This document shows, piece by piece, positions 1-10,397 of a DNA stretch of 64,000 nt. The stretch spans positions 4,896,001 through 4,960,000 of the forward strand of contig CP170459.1 in assembly GCA_047947115.1 (NCBI GenBank), written 5' to 3'. Origin of the DNA: Verrucomicrobiota bacterium. Its GTDB lineage: Bacteria; Verrucomicrobiota; Verrucomicrobiia; Limisphaerales; AAA164-E04. Below the pieces are notes generated by a model. That model saw nothing but the letters and a program-made list of their open reading frames with translations. It had not been told where the DNA came from and made no database searches. The first letter of the stretch is position 1. Each line of letters opens with the position of its first letter. The translations under genes and the position numbers were made by a program.

Positions 1-264
1 GTTGATCAACACTCCATGAGGGTTGGATGCCACGATATCGGGCACGATACGCTTCAGGTTTTCCCATGGTTTAAAGCCTCGAAATTCGTTGAGTGCGTCC
101 GCTGGAATATGGGTATCCGAAAGTATTGCCAAATGATAGTGTTCAGTGACGGAAGCGCTCTGCAGTGGTTTACCGAAGGAGCCCAGCGTTAGCGCCGCGG
201 TCGTCAATACGCCGTTGCGAACGAAAGTTCGTCGGTCCTCTAAAGCCGATAATATGGATGGCAT
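1..264 (-). CDS. Tat-exported calcineurin-like metallophosphoesterase, N-terminal part (runs off window edge)
   Basis: Manual translation from ATG at 264: MPSILSALEDRRTFVRNGVLTTAALTLG (twin-Arg signal)...LAILSDTHI...GVLIN; DxH motif I and start of motif II. Not in the ORF track because truncated. Confidence 0.75.
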   Translation of the reverse strand, partial: MPSILSALEDRRTFVRNGVLTTAALTLGSFGKPLQSASVTEHYHLAILSDTHIPADALNEFRGFKPWENLKRIVPDIVASNPHGVLIN

Positions 265-850
265 AGGTCTTGCATGCCCTTTTGGAGCAAAGTTCGCAAG
301 GTTATTCCGAGTGTTGTATTGATCGTTTTCAGTGGTTCGAACATCGCACGCCCTTGTGTGCGGCATCAATGGATACGTAGGAGGTCAATCATCCACACCA
401 TTACTTCAGAAAGGACTGCGCCGACTCGAAAATCGATTCCATAGCAGCGCAGGTATTTGTGTCATCCATGAAGACAAACTTTCCATCCAAAAACAGTGCG
501 CAAAACCATGAGAGGACGTGTGAACCTTGAAAATGCCGCATCAATCTTTGGTGGCTTGAATCCGAATGCATCGAAACTCCGATCCATCGGTCAAACCATT
601 CTCATCGCCTGCGGCACCATCTGGCATGCGGCCTTGACCACCGAAGCCAGGTTGAAGCGGATGATGTCCTTTTGATTCCGGGAATACTGAAATCTCTCTA
701 TTCATTACTGGCAGTGATTCCATTGTGATTGCTTTCATACGAAATCGCGCTTGCGAGAGGTTGTGAATTAGACAAACCAAGCAAACTGGTCGGAAGCGTG
801 ACCGTGGAATAAGTCCTACCATTGTGAAACCAAAACCCATGCTTGAGTCA

Positions 851-1822
851 CTACTTTGATTTGCGTCTAGGTGAGGGCTTTTTATGCCCTGGTTGATCGG
901 AGTCCCTTACATCATCCCTGCTACTTCCGAACAAGTTCTGTCGCGCATTTTCGGTAATCTTGACCACGGCAGGATGTTTCACTTTCCGCTCGATGGTGAT
1001 GGCGTAAAAAGACTCTCTTACCGCCCGAGTGGACCCAATGGATTTCACCCCATATTCCCTGCAAATTTCATCGGCAATGACAGTAGGTCCGGCAAATACC
1101 CCGGCCCCTTCACGTCCGAAAACTTTGAGCAGAGCGCTGTCATGAAATTCAGCCACCATTCTGGGGAACAAATCACGAGAGCGAAACCATCGATCCAAAG
1201 AGCGTCGGAGCACAGTGTTCTCAGCCGGTGCAAGAAAGGGGACACCATCCAAACACTGGGGAAACATTCCCCTGATGCGTTTCGCCAACTGGGGCGCTGC
1301 AAAAAAATGAACGCCGCATTCCCCCAGGAAGTGATTGAATGCTTTCACCTTGACCGAGCCTGCGATCGGAGCATCGGCAAGCACCAGATCCAGGTGCTGA
1401 ATAGAAAGTTCAGCCAACAACCGTTCGGTCATGTCTTCCTCACAAATCAACTGCGTGTTGCTCATTTCGTTAAGCACGGGTGCCAGGATACGGTGACAGA
1501 CCAATTTCGGCAAAACATCGGAAGCGCCTACCCGCAGTTTTCGTGGTCGCTGAGTCCCGACTCCCTTCATGCTCTCAACAAATTCCTGTCCCAGTGAAAA
1601 TATCTCTTCAGCGTAGTCAAAAGCCAACCGCCCAGCTTCAGTCAGATCCATGCGTCCTGCATTCCGGTCAAATAAGGGTTCACCCAATTGATCTTCGAGT
1701 ATTTTGATTTGTTTGGAAATCGTGGGCTGGGTCAGGTTCAAGGCAATGCTCGCCTTGCTGACTCCCCCTTCACGAACCACGGTCCAAAAGTAATGCAAAT
1801 GATGATAGTTCAGCCAGTGCAT
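851..1822 (-). CDS. nhaR: LysR-family transcriptional regulator, NhaR-like
   Basis: N-terminal LNYHHLHYFWTVVREG...LTQPTISKQIK HTH typical of NhaR; C-terminal FYAITIERKVKHP. Confidence 0.85.
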   Translation of the reverse strand: MHWLNYHHLHYFWTVVREGGVSKASIALNLTQPTISKQIKILEDQLGEPLFDRNAGRMDLTEAGRLAFDYAEEIFSLGQEFVESMKGVGTQRPRKLRVGASDVLPKLVCHRILAPVLNEMSNTQLICEEDMTERLLAELSIQHLDLVLADAPIAGSVKVKAFNHFLGECGVHFFAAPQLAKRIRGMFPQCLDGVPFLAPAENTVLRRSLDRWFRSRDLFPRMVAEFHDSALLKVFGREGAGVFAGPTVIADEICREYGVKSIGSTRAVRESFYAITIERKVKHPAVVKITENARQNLFGSSRDDVRDSDQPGHKKPSPRRKSK

Positions 1823-1832
1823 ATCTTCACGC

Positions 1833-1849
1833 TATAGACTTTTTCTATA
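1833..1849. promoter_or_regulatory. LysR-type recognition box TATAG-N7-CTATA (T-N11-A)
   Basis: Dyad TATAGactttttCTATA in the 75-bp divergent gap between the LysR gene and the carbonic anhydrase gene. Confidence 0.7.
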
Positions 1850-1897
1850 TATTCACGCCAAAAATAATCATTAGACTATGACGCGATAAAGGGCAGT

Positions 1898-2515
1898 GTG
1901 ATGGTGATGAATCACTCAGCAACTTACAAGGATGTGTTGGCAGGATACGAAACCTTCAGAAGGGAAGTATTACCGAAGAAAGAAAATTTGTTCAGGCAGC
2001 TGGCAGGATCACAGAGCCCACACGTTACGTTGCTGACATGCTCCGATTCGAGAATTGATCCTTGCCTCATCACGCAGACAAACCCCGGAGATTTGTTTGT
2101 AATTCGCAACGCAGGCAATATGGCACCGATTGCTGAAGCCGGCACCAGCGGAGAGCTTGCCACCCTTCAATTTGCAGTGTGTGGTCTAAAAACCCGTCAT
2201 ATCGTCGTGTGCGGTCATTCTGACTGCGGGGCTATGAAAGGGTTGTTGGCCCCTGAGAGTTGTGCCCACCTGACCTACCTCTCAGCTTGGCTGTGCGAGG
2301 CACAAGAGGCGCTGATGATGATCGAGGAAAATCTCCCACAAGAAGAAAAACTAAGGGCGGTGACAAATGCCAACGTCAGGCTTCAATTAACCAACCTGCG
2401 GAAACTTGATTTTGTGCGTCAAGCAGAGGAGGAGGGACAACTTGAACTCCATGGCTGGGTCTATGACATCGGCTCAGGGAACCTCCAAATCGTAAATAGT
2501 GAACAGATCGTTTGA
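1898..2515 (+). CDS. Beta-class carbonic anhydrase
   Basis: Zn ligands CSDSR and HSDCGAM; GDLFVIRNAGN; LHGWVYDIGSG. Confidence 0.95.
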   Translation: MMVMNHSATYKDVLAGYETFRREVLPKKENLFRQLAGSQSPHVTLLTCSDSRIDPCLITQTNPGDLFVIRNAGNMAPIAEAGTSGELATLQFAVCGLKTRHIVVCGHSDCGAMKGLLAPESCAHLTYLSAWLCEAQEALMMIEENLPQEEKLRAVTNANVRLQLTNLRKLDFVRQAEEEGQLELHGWVYDIGSGNLQIVNSEQIV

Positions 2516-2564
2516 TCACCTGTTCAGGCCGTGAGGTTAACCTCGCTAAGGAAATTACTCACTT

Positions 2565-4121
2565 ATGTTTAGAAACGTATTCACCCTGCCAAAAAAAGTG
2601 GAATGGAACCGGGAAATCCTGGCTTCCGTCGTTGTTTTCTTGGTCGCACTCCCCCTTTGCATGGGGATCGCCATCGCTTCCGGCGCTCCACCTGCTCTGG
2701 GATTGATCAGCGGCATCATCGGCGGTCTGGTTGTTGGTTTCATTGGAGGAGCACCGCTGCAGGTCAGCGGACCGGCGGCAGGACTTGCCGTGTTGGTCTG
2801 GCAATTCATTGAAAAACATGGCCTACCGGCCTTGGGTTGGGTGGTTCTGGGAGCCGGCATTCTGCAAATGATATCAGGGGCCTTGAAGCTGGGCCGCTGG
2901 TTTCGTGCGGTTTCGCCATCAGTCATACAAGGCATGCTGGCTGGTATCGGAGTGCTGATTTTGGCAAGCCAATTTCACGTCATGATGGACGACAGCCCCC
3001 GAGGATCCGGCATCTCCAACCTACTCACGATCCCGGTTTCGATCTACAAAGGCATCTTCCCGGTCGACGGATCGGTTCACCACATGGCCGGTGCGATGGG
3101 TTTGATTTCAATTGGATCCATTGTTTTATGGACGAGATTCAAACCCAAAAAACTTAAGTCAATACCCGGCCCCTTGGTGGCAGTCGTCATCGCCACGATC
3201 ATTGCGACCGTTTTTAATCTCCCAATCCAATATGTAAGCATTCCGGAAAGCATATTTGACAGTTTAAATGTTCCAAAACTTGCAGAAGTCGCATTATTCG
3301 CGACCCCCAGTTTTTGGGGAACCATGATCGGGTTTGCAGTGATTGCTAGCGCTGAAACCTTGCTCTGCGCTACTGCGGTAGACCGAATGCACGACGGCGA
3401 GAGAACAAACTATGATCGCGAGCTTTTCGCACAAGGTATCGGAAACGCCCTATGCGGCTTATGTGGAGCACTTCCCATGACGGGAGTCATCGTGAGAAGC
3501 TCGGCCAATGTCGAAGCAGGCGCCAAAACGAAATACTCAGCCATCATGCATGGAGCTTGGTTGCTGCTGTTTGTTGTTTTCCTTCCCTTTCTGATCAGTT
3601 GGATCCCCACCTCCGTGTTGGCCGCCATCCTGGTCTATACCGGTTACAAATTGGTCAACCCGGCCATGATCAGAAAATTGTGGAAAGCCGGCAAATCGGA
3701 AGTCTTCATTTATGCCGCAACCGTGATCGCCATCGTTTCCACCGACTTACTTACGGGTGTTCTGATCGGTTTTGGCATCGCCTTGTTGAAATTGCTTTAC
3801 ACCTTCCTGCACTTAGAAATTATCAAGAAAATTGACACCAAGAAGGGACGCGTGGACGTGGCCTTAAGAGGCACGGCCAGTTTCATTAAACTACCAAGAA
3901 TAGCGGATGAGCTTGATTCGATCGACGGGAACATGGAAGTTCACTTTCACCTGGGCGCCCTGGCTTATGCAGATCACGCCACCCTTGAACTTTTCGACGA
4001 ATGGCGAAGCCGACGGTCGGGCAAGGTTTTTATGGAACTGGATGAATACCACGCGCGAGCCAGAGGCAAAATGGCACTCCCCGAAGTGGAAATCACGGCA
4101 AGCTCACCCCAGCGTAGTTAG
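2565..4121 (+). CDS. SulP/SLC26 anion (probably bicarbonate) transporter with degenerate STAS domain
   Basis: VFLVALPLCMGIAIASG, QVSGPAAG, GALPMTGVIVRSSAN motifs; directly downstream of carbonic anhydrase. Confidence 0.92.
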   Translation: MFRNVFTLPKKVEWNREILASVVVFLVALPLCMGIAIASGAPPALGLISGIIGGLVVGFIGGAPLQVSGPAAGLAVLVWQFIEKHGLPALGWVVLGAGILQMISGALKLGRWFRAVSPSVIQGMLAGIGVLILASQFHVMMDDSPRGSGISNLLTIPVSIYKGIFPVDGSVHHMAGAMGLISIGSIVLWTRFKPKKLKSIPGPLVAVVIATIIATVFNLPIQYVSIPESIFDSLNVPKLAEVALFATPSFWGTMIGFAVIASAETLLCATAVDRMHDGERTNYDRELFAQGIGNALCGLCGALPMTGVIVRSSANVEAGAKTKYSAIMHGAWLLLFVVFLPFLISWIPTSVLAAILVYTGYKLVNPAMIRKLWKAGKSEVFIYAATVIAIVSTDLLTGVLIGFGIALLKLLYTFLHLEIIKKIDTKKGRVDVALRGTASFIKLPRIADELDSIDGNMEVHFHLGALAYADHATLELFDEWRSRRSGKVFMELDEYHARARGKMALPEVEITASSPQRS

Positions 4122-4593
4122 ACCAAAAACTCCATCAGCAAGTAAGAAATTTGTTTCTTACGGGTATTTCTGGTGATTTTTTACTGATCAAGACAAAGTT
4201 CCAATCCACATGGATGGAAAATTACGCCGGTGTGGATTCTCTTTTTATTGCGGCAACAATATGCCTTTTTAATCAATCCCTGTATCTCGTTGTTCAGCAC
4301 TTCGATGGGGCCTTTGATAATTGAGTATAAAAAAGATTGGGAATTCGATCCATGTCCCCTTTTGACATGCGAGTCATTTTGTTTCCCAGCTCAAGACAGC
4401 GGAGGATCACCCAGTGATACCAGGGCGTGAGGTATCCTTCTGCCGTTAAGCGGTCGCTCATCGACCAAAACCATCTGAAGGTCTCTTTCAGGCATCACCC
4501 TTTGGCAGTTCGCACATGCACATTGGCCAATGATTCCAAAACAAATGAATTGCAAACAAAGCCCGGTAAGATTTCAATGATCCAGAATTTCCC

Positions 4594-6762
4594 ATGAAAA
4601 AGATTGCCTTCACCCCAAAGACGTCGCAGCCCCTTATGGTTTGCCTACACATGTTATGGACCTTGTCCCTGGGCGGTTTCATTTCAAACAGCCAGGCGGG
4701 TTCGATGCCAAGCGCACTATCCAATGGCTCACATCCGGAGGATCATCGTCATGCACCATTAACCGATCTGAACGGTTACTTCCCTTTTCAAGTTCCTGAG
4801 ACCATCGCCGAATGGGAAGATCGTGCCGAGCAATTGCGGACACATCTTTTGGTTGTCAACGGCCTTTGGCCCATGCCCACCAAAACCGCCTTAAACACGG
4901 TCATTCATAGCAAAGTTGATCAGGGAGATTACACGATTGAGAAAGTGTTTTTCGAGAGCTTCCCGGGGTTTTATGTCACCGGCAGCCTTTACCGCCCCAA
5001 AGGGTTCGCTGGACCACGCCCGGCCATACTCTGCCCCCACGGTCACTGGAACAATGGGCGGTTCACTGAAAATGAAAGCATCTGGTCTGAAATCAACTCC
5101 GGCGCCGAACGTTTCGAAACGGGTGGCCGCAGTCCCCTGCAATCCCGCTGCGTCCAACTCGCCCGCATGGGCTGCGTGGTGTTTCATTACGACATGATCG
5201 GCTATGCAGACAGCATTCAGATTTCCTACGACCTTGCCCACCGCTTTGCCAAGCAACGTCCGGAAATGAACGGTTCTGACCGTTGGGGTTTCTTCAGCCC
5301 GCAGGCCGAGTCACATCTGCAAAGCATCATGGGACTTCAAACATGGAATTCGATCCGTTCGCTCGATTTCCTGGAAACACTTCCCGATGTCGACCGCAGC
5401 CGGTTGGGCATCACGGGAGCCAGCGGCGGCGGCACCCAGACCTTTTTACTGGCGGCCATTGATGATCGCCTGGCAGTCAGTTTTCCGGCGGTCATGGTGT
5501 CCACCGCGATGCAGGGTGGTTGTACCTGCGAAAACACCTGCGGCCTTCGCATCCCGGCAGGCAACGTGGAATTCGCCGCCCTTTTCGCCCCAAAACCCCT
5601 CGGCATGACCGGAGCCAATGACTGGACGGTGGAAATGTCCTCCAAGGGATTCCCCGAACTCCAGAAGCTTTACTCGATGTATGGTGCCAAGGACAACGTC
5701 CAACTGGCCCAACTCAATCATTTCGGTCACAACTACAATTACGTCAGTCGCGCTTCCATGTATCAATTCATGAACAAACACCTCAATCTTGATTTGGGAG
5801 GCCCAATTATCGAGCAAGATTATGAATTCCTGAGAGCAGACGACTTGTCTGTTTGGACCAATGGGTATGAAGCGCCCAAAGGCGGCCCGGAGTTCGAGCA
5901 GGAACTCCTGCAATACTGGAGACGAGATGCGGAGGAAAAACTGGCCCCCAGCGCCCAGAGCATCCATGCTTTCCAAAACCTGCATGCCCCGGCCATCGAG
6001 GCCATCATCGGACGCACAATCGAATCGGTCGGCAAGACCGAACTGGAACTCAACCACAAATCACAGAAGGACGGCTACCTGGAAATGGCCGGGGTCGTAA
6101 AAAACCTCACCCACGGGGAAGCAGTGCCCACCCTTTACCTCCATCCGGATGACTGGAATGGTCGTACCATCATCTGGCCGACCATCAATGGAAAGAACGG
6201 ACTGCTCGATTCCAACGGCAAACCGAACTCAGAAGCACGAGCACTGCTGAACGAAGGCTGCACCGTGGTGGGTGTCGACCTGCTCTTCCAAGGTGAATCC
6301 CGGGGAAATGAATCCCCCGTCAACCAAAACCAGGTCGTCGACAATCCACGTGAATTCGCGGGTTACACCTACGGATACAACCATCCCCTCTTTGTCAAAC
6401 GCGTCCACGATCTGCTGACAAGCATCGAAAACATCCGCACCAATGAAAAACGCGCCTCGAGCACGATCGAACTGAAAGGATCCGGCAGCGCCGCTTATCT
6501 GGCAGCGGCAGCTCGGGCGGTCAGTCGTGACACCATTCAAAACGCGATCCTGGACCTGGATGGTCTGAGCAACGAACCGATAAGTGATTATCGTGATCCC
6601 GATTTTTTCTTCGGTTCCGCCAAATTGGCAAGCATTTCAGCTTGCCTTGCCGTCGGCGCTCCCAGTCGACTTCAAGTAAGGAACGGTGACCAGGAACTCA
6701 AGAACCTGTTGGCCGGCATCTATGCATCTGCAGGTTTCCCTCATCGTTTGGTGACCGAATAG
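4594..6762 (+). CDS. Secreted alpha/beta-hydrolase, acetylxylan-esterase-like (PVC type)
   Basis: Signal-like N-terminus; PAILCPHGH; nucleophile elbow GITGASGGGTQ; GGCTCEN; second degenerate hydrolase-like half. Confidence 0.75.
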   Translation: MKKIAFTPKTSQPLMVCLHMLWTLSLGGFISNSQAGSMPSALSNGSHPEDHRHAPLTDLNGYFPFQVPETIAEWEDRAEQLRTHLLVVNGLWPMPTKTALNTVIHSKVDQGDYTIEKVFFESFPGFYVTGSLYRPKGFAGPRPAILCPHGHWNNGRFTENESIWSEINSGAERFETGGRSPLQSRCVQLARMGCVVFHYDMIGYADSIQISYDLAHRFAKQRPEMNGSDRWGFFSPQAESHLQSIMGLQTWNSIRSLDFLETLPDVDRSRLGITGASGGGTQTFLLAAIDDRLAVSFPAVMVSTAMQGGCTCENTCGLRIPAGNVEFAALFAPKPLGMTGANDWTVEMSSKGFPELQKLYSMYGAKDNVQLAQLNHFGHNYNYVSRASMYQFMNKHLNLDLGGPIIEQDYEFLRADDLSVWTNGYEAPKGGPEFEQELLQYWRRDAEEKLAPSAQSIHAFQNLHAPAIEAIIGRTIESVGKTELELNHKSQKDGYLEMAGVVKNLTHGEAVPTLYLHPDDWNGRTIIWPTINGKNGLLDSNGKPNSEARALLNEGCTVVGVDLLFQGESRGNESPVNQNQVVDNPREFAGYTYGYNHPLFVKRVHDLLTSIENIRTNEKRASSTIELKGSGSAAYLAAAARAVSRDTIQNAILDLDGLSNEPISDYRDPDFFFGSAKLASISACLAVGAPSRLQVRNGDQELKNLLAGIYASAGFPHRLVTE

Positions 6763-6773
6763 AAATTACAAAC

Positions 6774-6809
6774 AAAAAGGGCCGGGGACGAATCCCCGGC
6801 CCTGTTTGT
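6774..6809. terminator. Bidirectional intrinsic terminator
   Basis: AGGGCCGGGGA-cgaa-TCCCCGGCCCT flanked by an A tract and a T-rich tail, between convergent genes. Confidence 0.85.
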
Positions 6810-6827
6810 GATTTACCTATCCGAATA

Positions 6828-7994
6828 CTATCGGGTGGAGAATCGGTGCACGGTGTGATGCGTGTAGGTTTCTCCCGGCCTCAAAACGACCGTCGGAAAA
6901 TGAGGCTTGTTGGGTGAATCGGGAAAGTGCTGGGTTTCCAGGCAGAATCCGTTGTGCTTGTTGTAAATGCCGCCCGACTTGCCGGTCAGGGTGCCATCCA
7001 GAAAGTTTCCGGAGTAGAACTGAATGCCGGGTTCAGTTGTCAGAATTTCCAATACGCGTCCGGTAGTCGGTTCATGCACGCGGGCTGCCAGTTCCAGTTT
7101 ATCGATCCCTGACTTGCGCAAGACGAAGTTGTGATCGTAACCGCCCGGATCACCTGTCATCTGGGCAATACGCGCCCCAATGGCTTTCGGCGTGCGAAAG
7201 TCCAAAGGCAAGCCGTCCAAAGGCCGGATCTCACCGGTGGTGATCAAGCTGTCATCAACCGGAGTGTAAAAGTCTGAGACCAGTTCCAGTTCATGGCCAA
7301 GAATGTCTCCGGTTCCTTCGCCTTTCAGGTTCCAGTAAGCATGATTGGTCAAGTTGAGCACGGTGGCTTTGTCGGTGGTCGCTTTGTAGTCCACTGTCAG
7401 TTCGTTGTCATCAGTCAATGTGTAAACAACAATGCTTGTCAAATTGCCGGGATACCCTTCTTCACCATCCTTGCTGGTGTAGGAAAACTCCACCGCAGCC
7501 CCCGAATCGCTATTCAAAGCACGAGCGCTCCATACCCTTTTGTCGAATCCTTTGTCCCCACCGTGAAGGTGATTAGGGTCGTTGTTTGTCGCCAGGGTGT
7601 ATTCAACACCATCCAAAGTGAATTTCCCTTTGGCGATTCGATTGCCATAACGGCCCACCGTTGCCCCGAAATAAGGATGCCCATTCACATAAGCCTCAAG
7701 ACTATCAAATCCAAGAGTTATGTCGCCCAGTTTACCATCGCGATCCGGCACATGCATCTCTGTGAGCAAAGCCCCGTAGGTGCTGATTTTGGCGACCAGG
7801 CCGTTTTTATTCTTAAGAGTGTAGATATCGACGGATTCACCGTCGGGTGTCGTTCCGAAAGATGCTTTTTCCACGTTTGAGGGTAGTTGATGTGAGGTTG
7901 ATGTTGAACAGGGACAAGTGGCACAGGAGACAGCCAAAACAGCTACCAACGCGCACAAACTTGACCAGATAAGTTGTCGTCTTTGAGTGATCAT
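6828..7994 (-). CDS. galM: Aldose 1-epimerase (mutarotase), probable lipoprotein
   Basis: GRYGNRIA, HLHGG, NLTNHAYWNL, GYDHNF, CLETQHFPD; start set at MITQRR with lipobox-like LAVSC. Confidence 0.92.
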   Translation of the reverse strand: MITQRRQLIWSSLCALVAVLAVSCATCPCSTSTSHQLPSNVEKASFGTTPDGESVDIYTLKNKNGLVAKISTYGALLTEMHVPDRDGKLGDITLGFDSLEAYVNGHPYFGATVGRYGNRIAKGKFTLDGVEYTLATNNDPNHLHGGDKGFDKRVWSARALNSDSGAAVEFSYTSKDGEEGYPGNLTSIVVYTLTDDNELTVDYKATTDKATVLNLTNHAYWNLKGEGTGDILGHELELVSDFYTPVDDSLITTGEIRPLDGLPLDFRTPKAIGARIAQMTGDPGGYDHNFVLRKSGIDKLELAARVHEPTTGRVLEILTTEPGIQFYSGNFLDGTLTGKSGGIYNKHNGFCLETQHFPDSPNKPHFPTVVLRPGETYTHHTVHRFSTR

Positions 7995-8230
7995 TGTTCT
8001 GATGGATTTGAAGTGGTTCCACTTCGCTTCACAAAAAAACGAACGGAATCCACTTGTGATGAGTCGAAGTATCCACAGGCGCTGGTTGGATTTCAATGCC
8101 GTGTTTTAAGAAAAAAACAATAAAGTGAAACAAAACGGAAGCGGGATGCGTACAGGACAAGGTGTCCTGCTTGATGCGAGGGATATGGATTTATCCTTGA
8201 ATCTTGGCCGAATGTCAATTCTTTTTGGCT

Positions 8231-9115
8231 TTATTTTAGTGTCCCGGCCAACTTAGTCAGCTTATTGCGACTGCGATTTCGTATCTTTTCGTAATCATGC
8301 ATATCCAACTGCAAGCTCCTAAGCAACTGGTTGAGTTCGCCATCTACCAAATCTCCTCCCCCTTTTCGACCGATACTCTTGGCAATTTGATTGGCTAATT
8401 GAAGGACTTTCACTTCGGGAGAGTTTCCATCGATTGTGTCATGATGATGTGCCAAACAATCCACGACGGTGGGACCAAATCCCCAGTGCCTGGCCACCGA
8501 GGCGCCGATCGTAGCGTGTCCCAGACCATACATACCCACTTCCTGTTGATGGTGAGCAAGTTCACCATCTCCATTTCCGATACGATCCATCGGGGCAGAG
8601 GCAAATACTTCCTGGTAACGATCGATAAATATTTTCCCTACATCATGAACCAACCCAGCCACAAAACATTCCGGGGAAACACGAAAGCTCAAATCCACCT
8701 CAATGCTCTCGGCTGCAACAGCCGTGGCAAAAGCATGCATCCAAAAATCTTCTGCACGGATGCCATACGTTTTTAATGGTACCGTTAAGAAGGATTTGAA
8801 CTTGGATAACAAGGTGATCTGCACCATGGATCCCACTCCGACACGCATGATGGCGGTTTTGAGGTCGGTAATACGTTCGACGGCCCCAATTGACGCCGAA
8901 TTTGCCCATAGAAGGATCCGGGCAGAAGTGGTTTCATCATGCTAAACTAACTCAACCGTTTCATCCAGGCTACGATCTTCACTATCCTTCAACAGCGATG
9001 TCATAACGCTTGGAAGCAAGGGCGGGTGCCTCAAAACAGTCTCTGTTGGCACAACCTGCTTTACCCATTCCGACAACTTCGGGACATCCCCGTTCGGTGT
9101 TTGTATGCTGTCCAT
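8231..9115 (-). pseudogene. HDOD-domain signal transduction protein interrupted by in-frame TAG at codon 58
   Basis: ATG 9115 ...PPLLPSVMTSLL...VELV*HDETTSARILLWANSA...AIMRVG continues in frame into ORF 8231..8848 (FWMHA, GLVHDVGK, GHATIGA..W..HH); stop at 8942-8944. Confidence 0.8.
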
Positions 9116-9307
9116 AATTCATGCGATGCTTGACGCTCCAGAACATTTCCTTCCTTGGCAACCTCATCATAAGCTGATAGGATCCCCTGATTCCACTTCA
9201 CCTCGTTGGGGGTGTATAGATCAAGCGATGTTCACATGGGAATCACCACCTAACATCAACGCGTGATTGGAGTAAAAGGAACGGATGAAATAAACCAAGT
9301 CAAGCAT

Positions 9308-10252
9308 ATGTCAAAAAGAATTGGATTTGTAGGAGTCGGACGCATGGGGGCCAACATGGCGACCCGCTTGAAAGACTGCGGCTATAAGGTCACAGCCATT
9401 TACGATGCCAACGATCAAACCGCGGCGGAGGTGGCCCAGTCAGTGGGGGGGCTGCACTGCAAGAGGCTGGATGAGGTCACTGCGAATGCGGATGTAATCA
9501 TCACCGTTGTCACGGACGACACATCCATGAACCAGATTTTCAAAGCAACCGGAAACAGCCTGCTCAAAGGAGCCAAAGGACGGATTTTCATCAATTGTGC
9601 CACAGTCAGCCCTGCCACTCATGTCAAAGTGGAAGAGCGCGCAAAAAAGGCTGGTGCCAAGACACTTGAAGCCTGCATGGCATCCAGCATCACCCAGGCA
9701 CGGGAAGGCACCCTCTACTTGATGTGCGGTGGAGATCGTCGCACCTACCAACGTGTAGAACCCTTGCTGAAACACCTCAGTAATTCCATGCGCTACATTG
9801 GTCCGGCCGGCAAGGCTGCAGAGGTCAAGGCTCTGGTCAATATGGTCATGAACATCAACACCGCCGGCCTGGCTGAAGGACTAGGGCTTGGGGAAGCGCT
9901 GGGGCACGACCTGAACATGTTGCGCGAGGTTTTCTCACAAACCGGCGCCAACTCAAGGGTCCTGGAAACCGACGGTGAAGACATGCAAAAACGCGACCAT
10001 GACTGCTATTTCTCGGCAGCTCACGCCGCCAAAGATTCCGGCATCGCGCTCAAGCTGGGAAAATCAGCCAAGCTGAATCTCCCGCTAGCCGAAGCCACCC
10101 TGGGACAATATGCAAAAATGGAATCCATCGGACTGGGTCATCTGGATAAATCCGGTGTCGCCGAATTAACCTTCAAGGGGCGCGGCCCCGCCAAAGCCAA
10201 AAAAGCGAAGAAAACCACCAGGAAGAAAAAATCGGCAACATCAAAAAAATAG
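9308..10252 (+). CDS. NAD(P)-dependent beta-hydroxyacid dehydrogenase (3-hydroxyisobutyrate/tartronate semialdehyde reductase family)
   Basis: IGFVGVGRMGANMA Rossmann motif; GTLYLMCGG; catalytic Lys region KALVNMV. Confidence 0.88.
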   Translation: MSKRIGFVGVGRMGANMATRLKDCGYKVTAIYDANDQTAAEVAQSVGGLHCKRLDEVTANADVIITVVTDDTSMNQIFKATGNSLLKGAKGRIFINCATVSPATHVKVEERAKKAGAKTLEACMASSITQAREGTLYLMCGGDRRTYQRVEPLLKHLSNSMRYIGPAGKAAEVKALVNMVMNINTAGLAEGLGLGEALGHDLNMLREVFSQTGANSRVLETDGEDMQKRDHDCYFSAAHAAKDSGIALKLGKSAKLNLPLAEATLGQYAKMESIGLGHLDKSGVAELTFKGRGPAKAKKAKKTTRKKKSATSKK

Positions 10253-10297
10253 GCCTTTCAACCAAGGATGGATACAACCATCCACACATTTTTCCGT

Positions 10298-10334
10298 CAC
10301 CTGCAAGCTGATTCCTTGCAGGTGCTTTTGTTTT
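10298..10334 (+). terminator. Intrinsic terminator
   Basis: CACCTGCAAG-N7-CTTGCAGGTG followed by a T-rich tract. Confidence 0.75.
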
Positions 10335-10397
10335 CAGGATTCTGTTGTCTATTCCGTCATTTCATGACAGGGTGTGAAGGCGTAGGAGAGACCTGAC

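Noticed and set aside
541..840. 99-aa ORF downstream of the LysR gene, and small ORFs at 4.2-4.7 kb, 36.7-36.9 kb and 44.4-44.6 kb
   Set aside because: No recognisable motifs or convincing RBS; cannot be supported from sequence alone.
8942..8944. Pyrrolysine or alternative genetic code readthrough
   Set aside because: TAG terminates many intact genes in the window and no pyl genes are visible.
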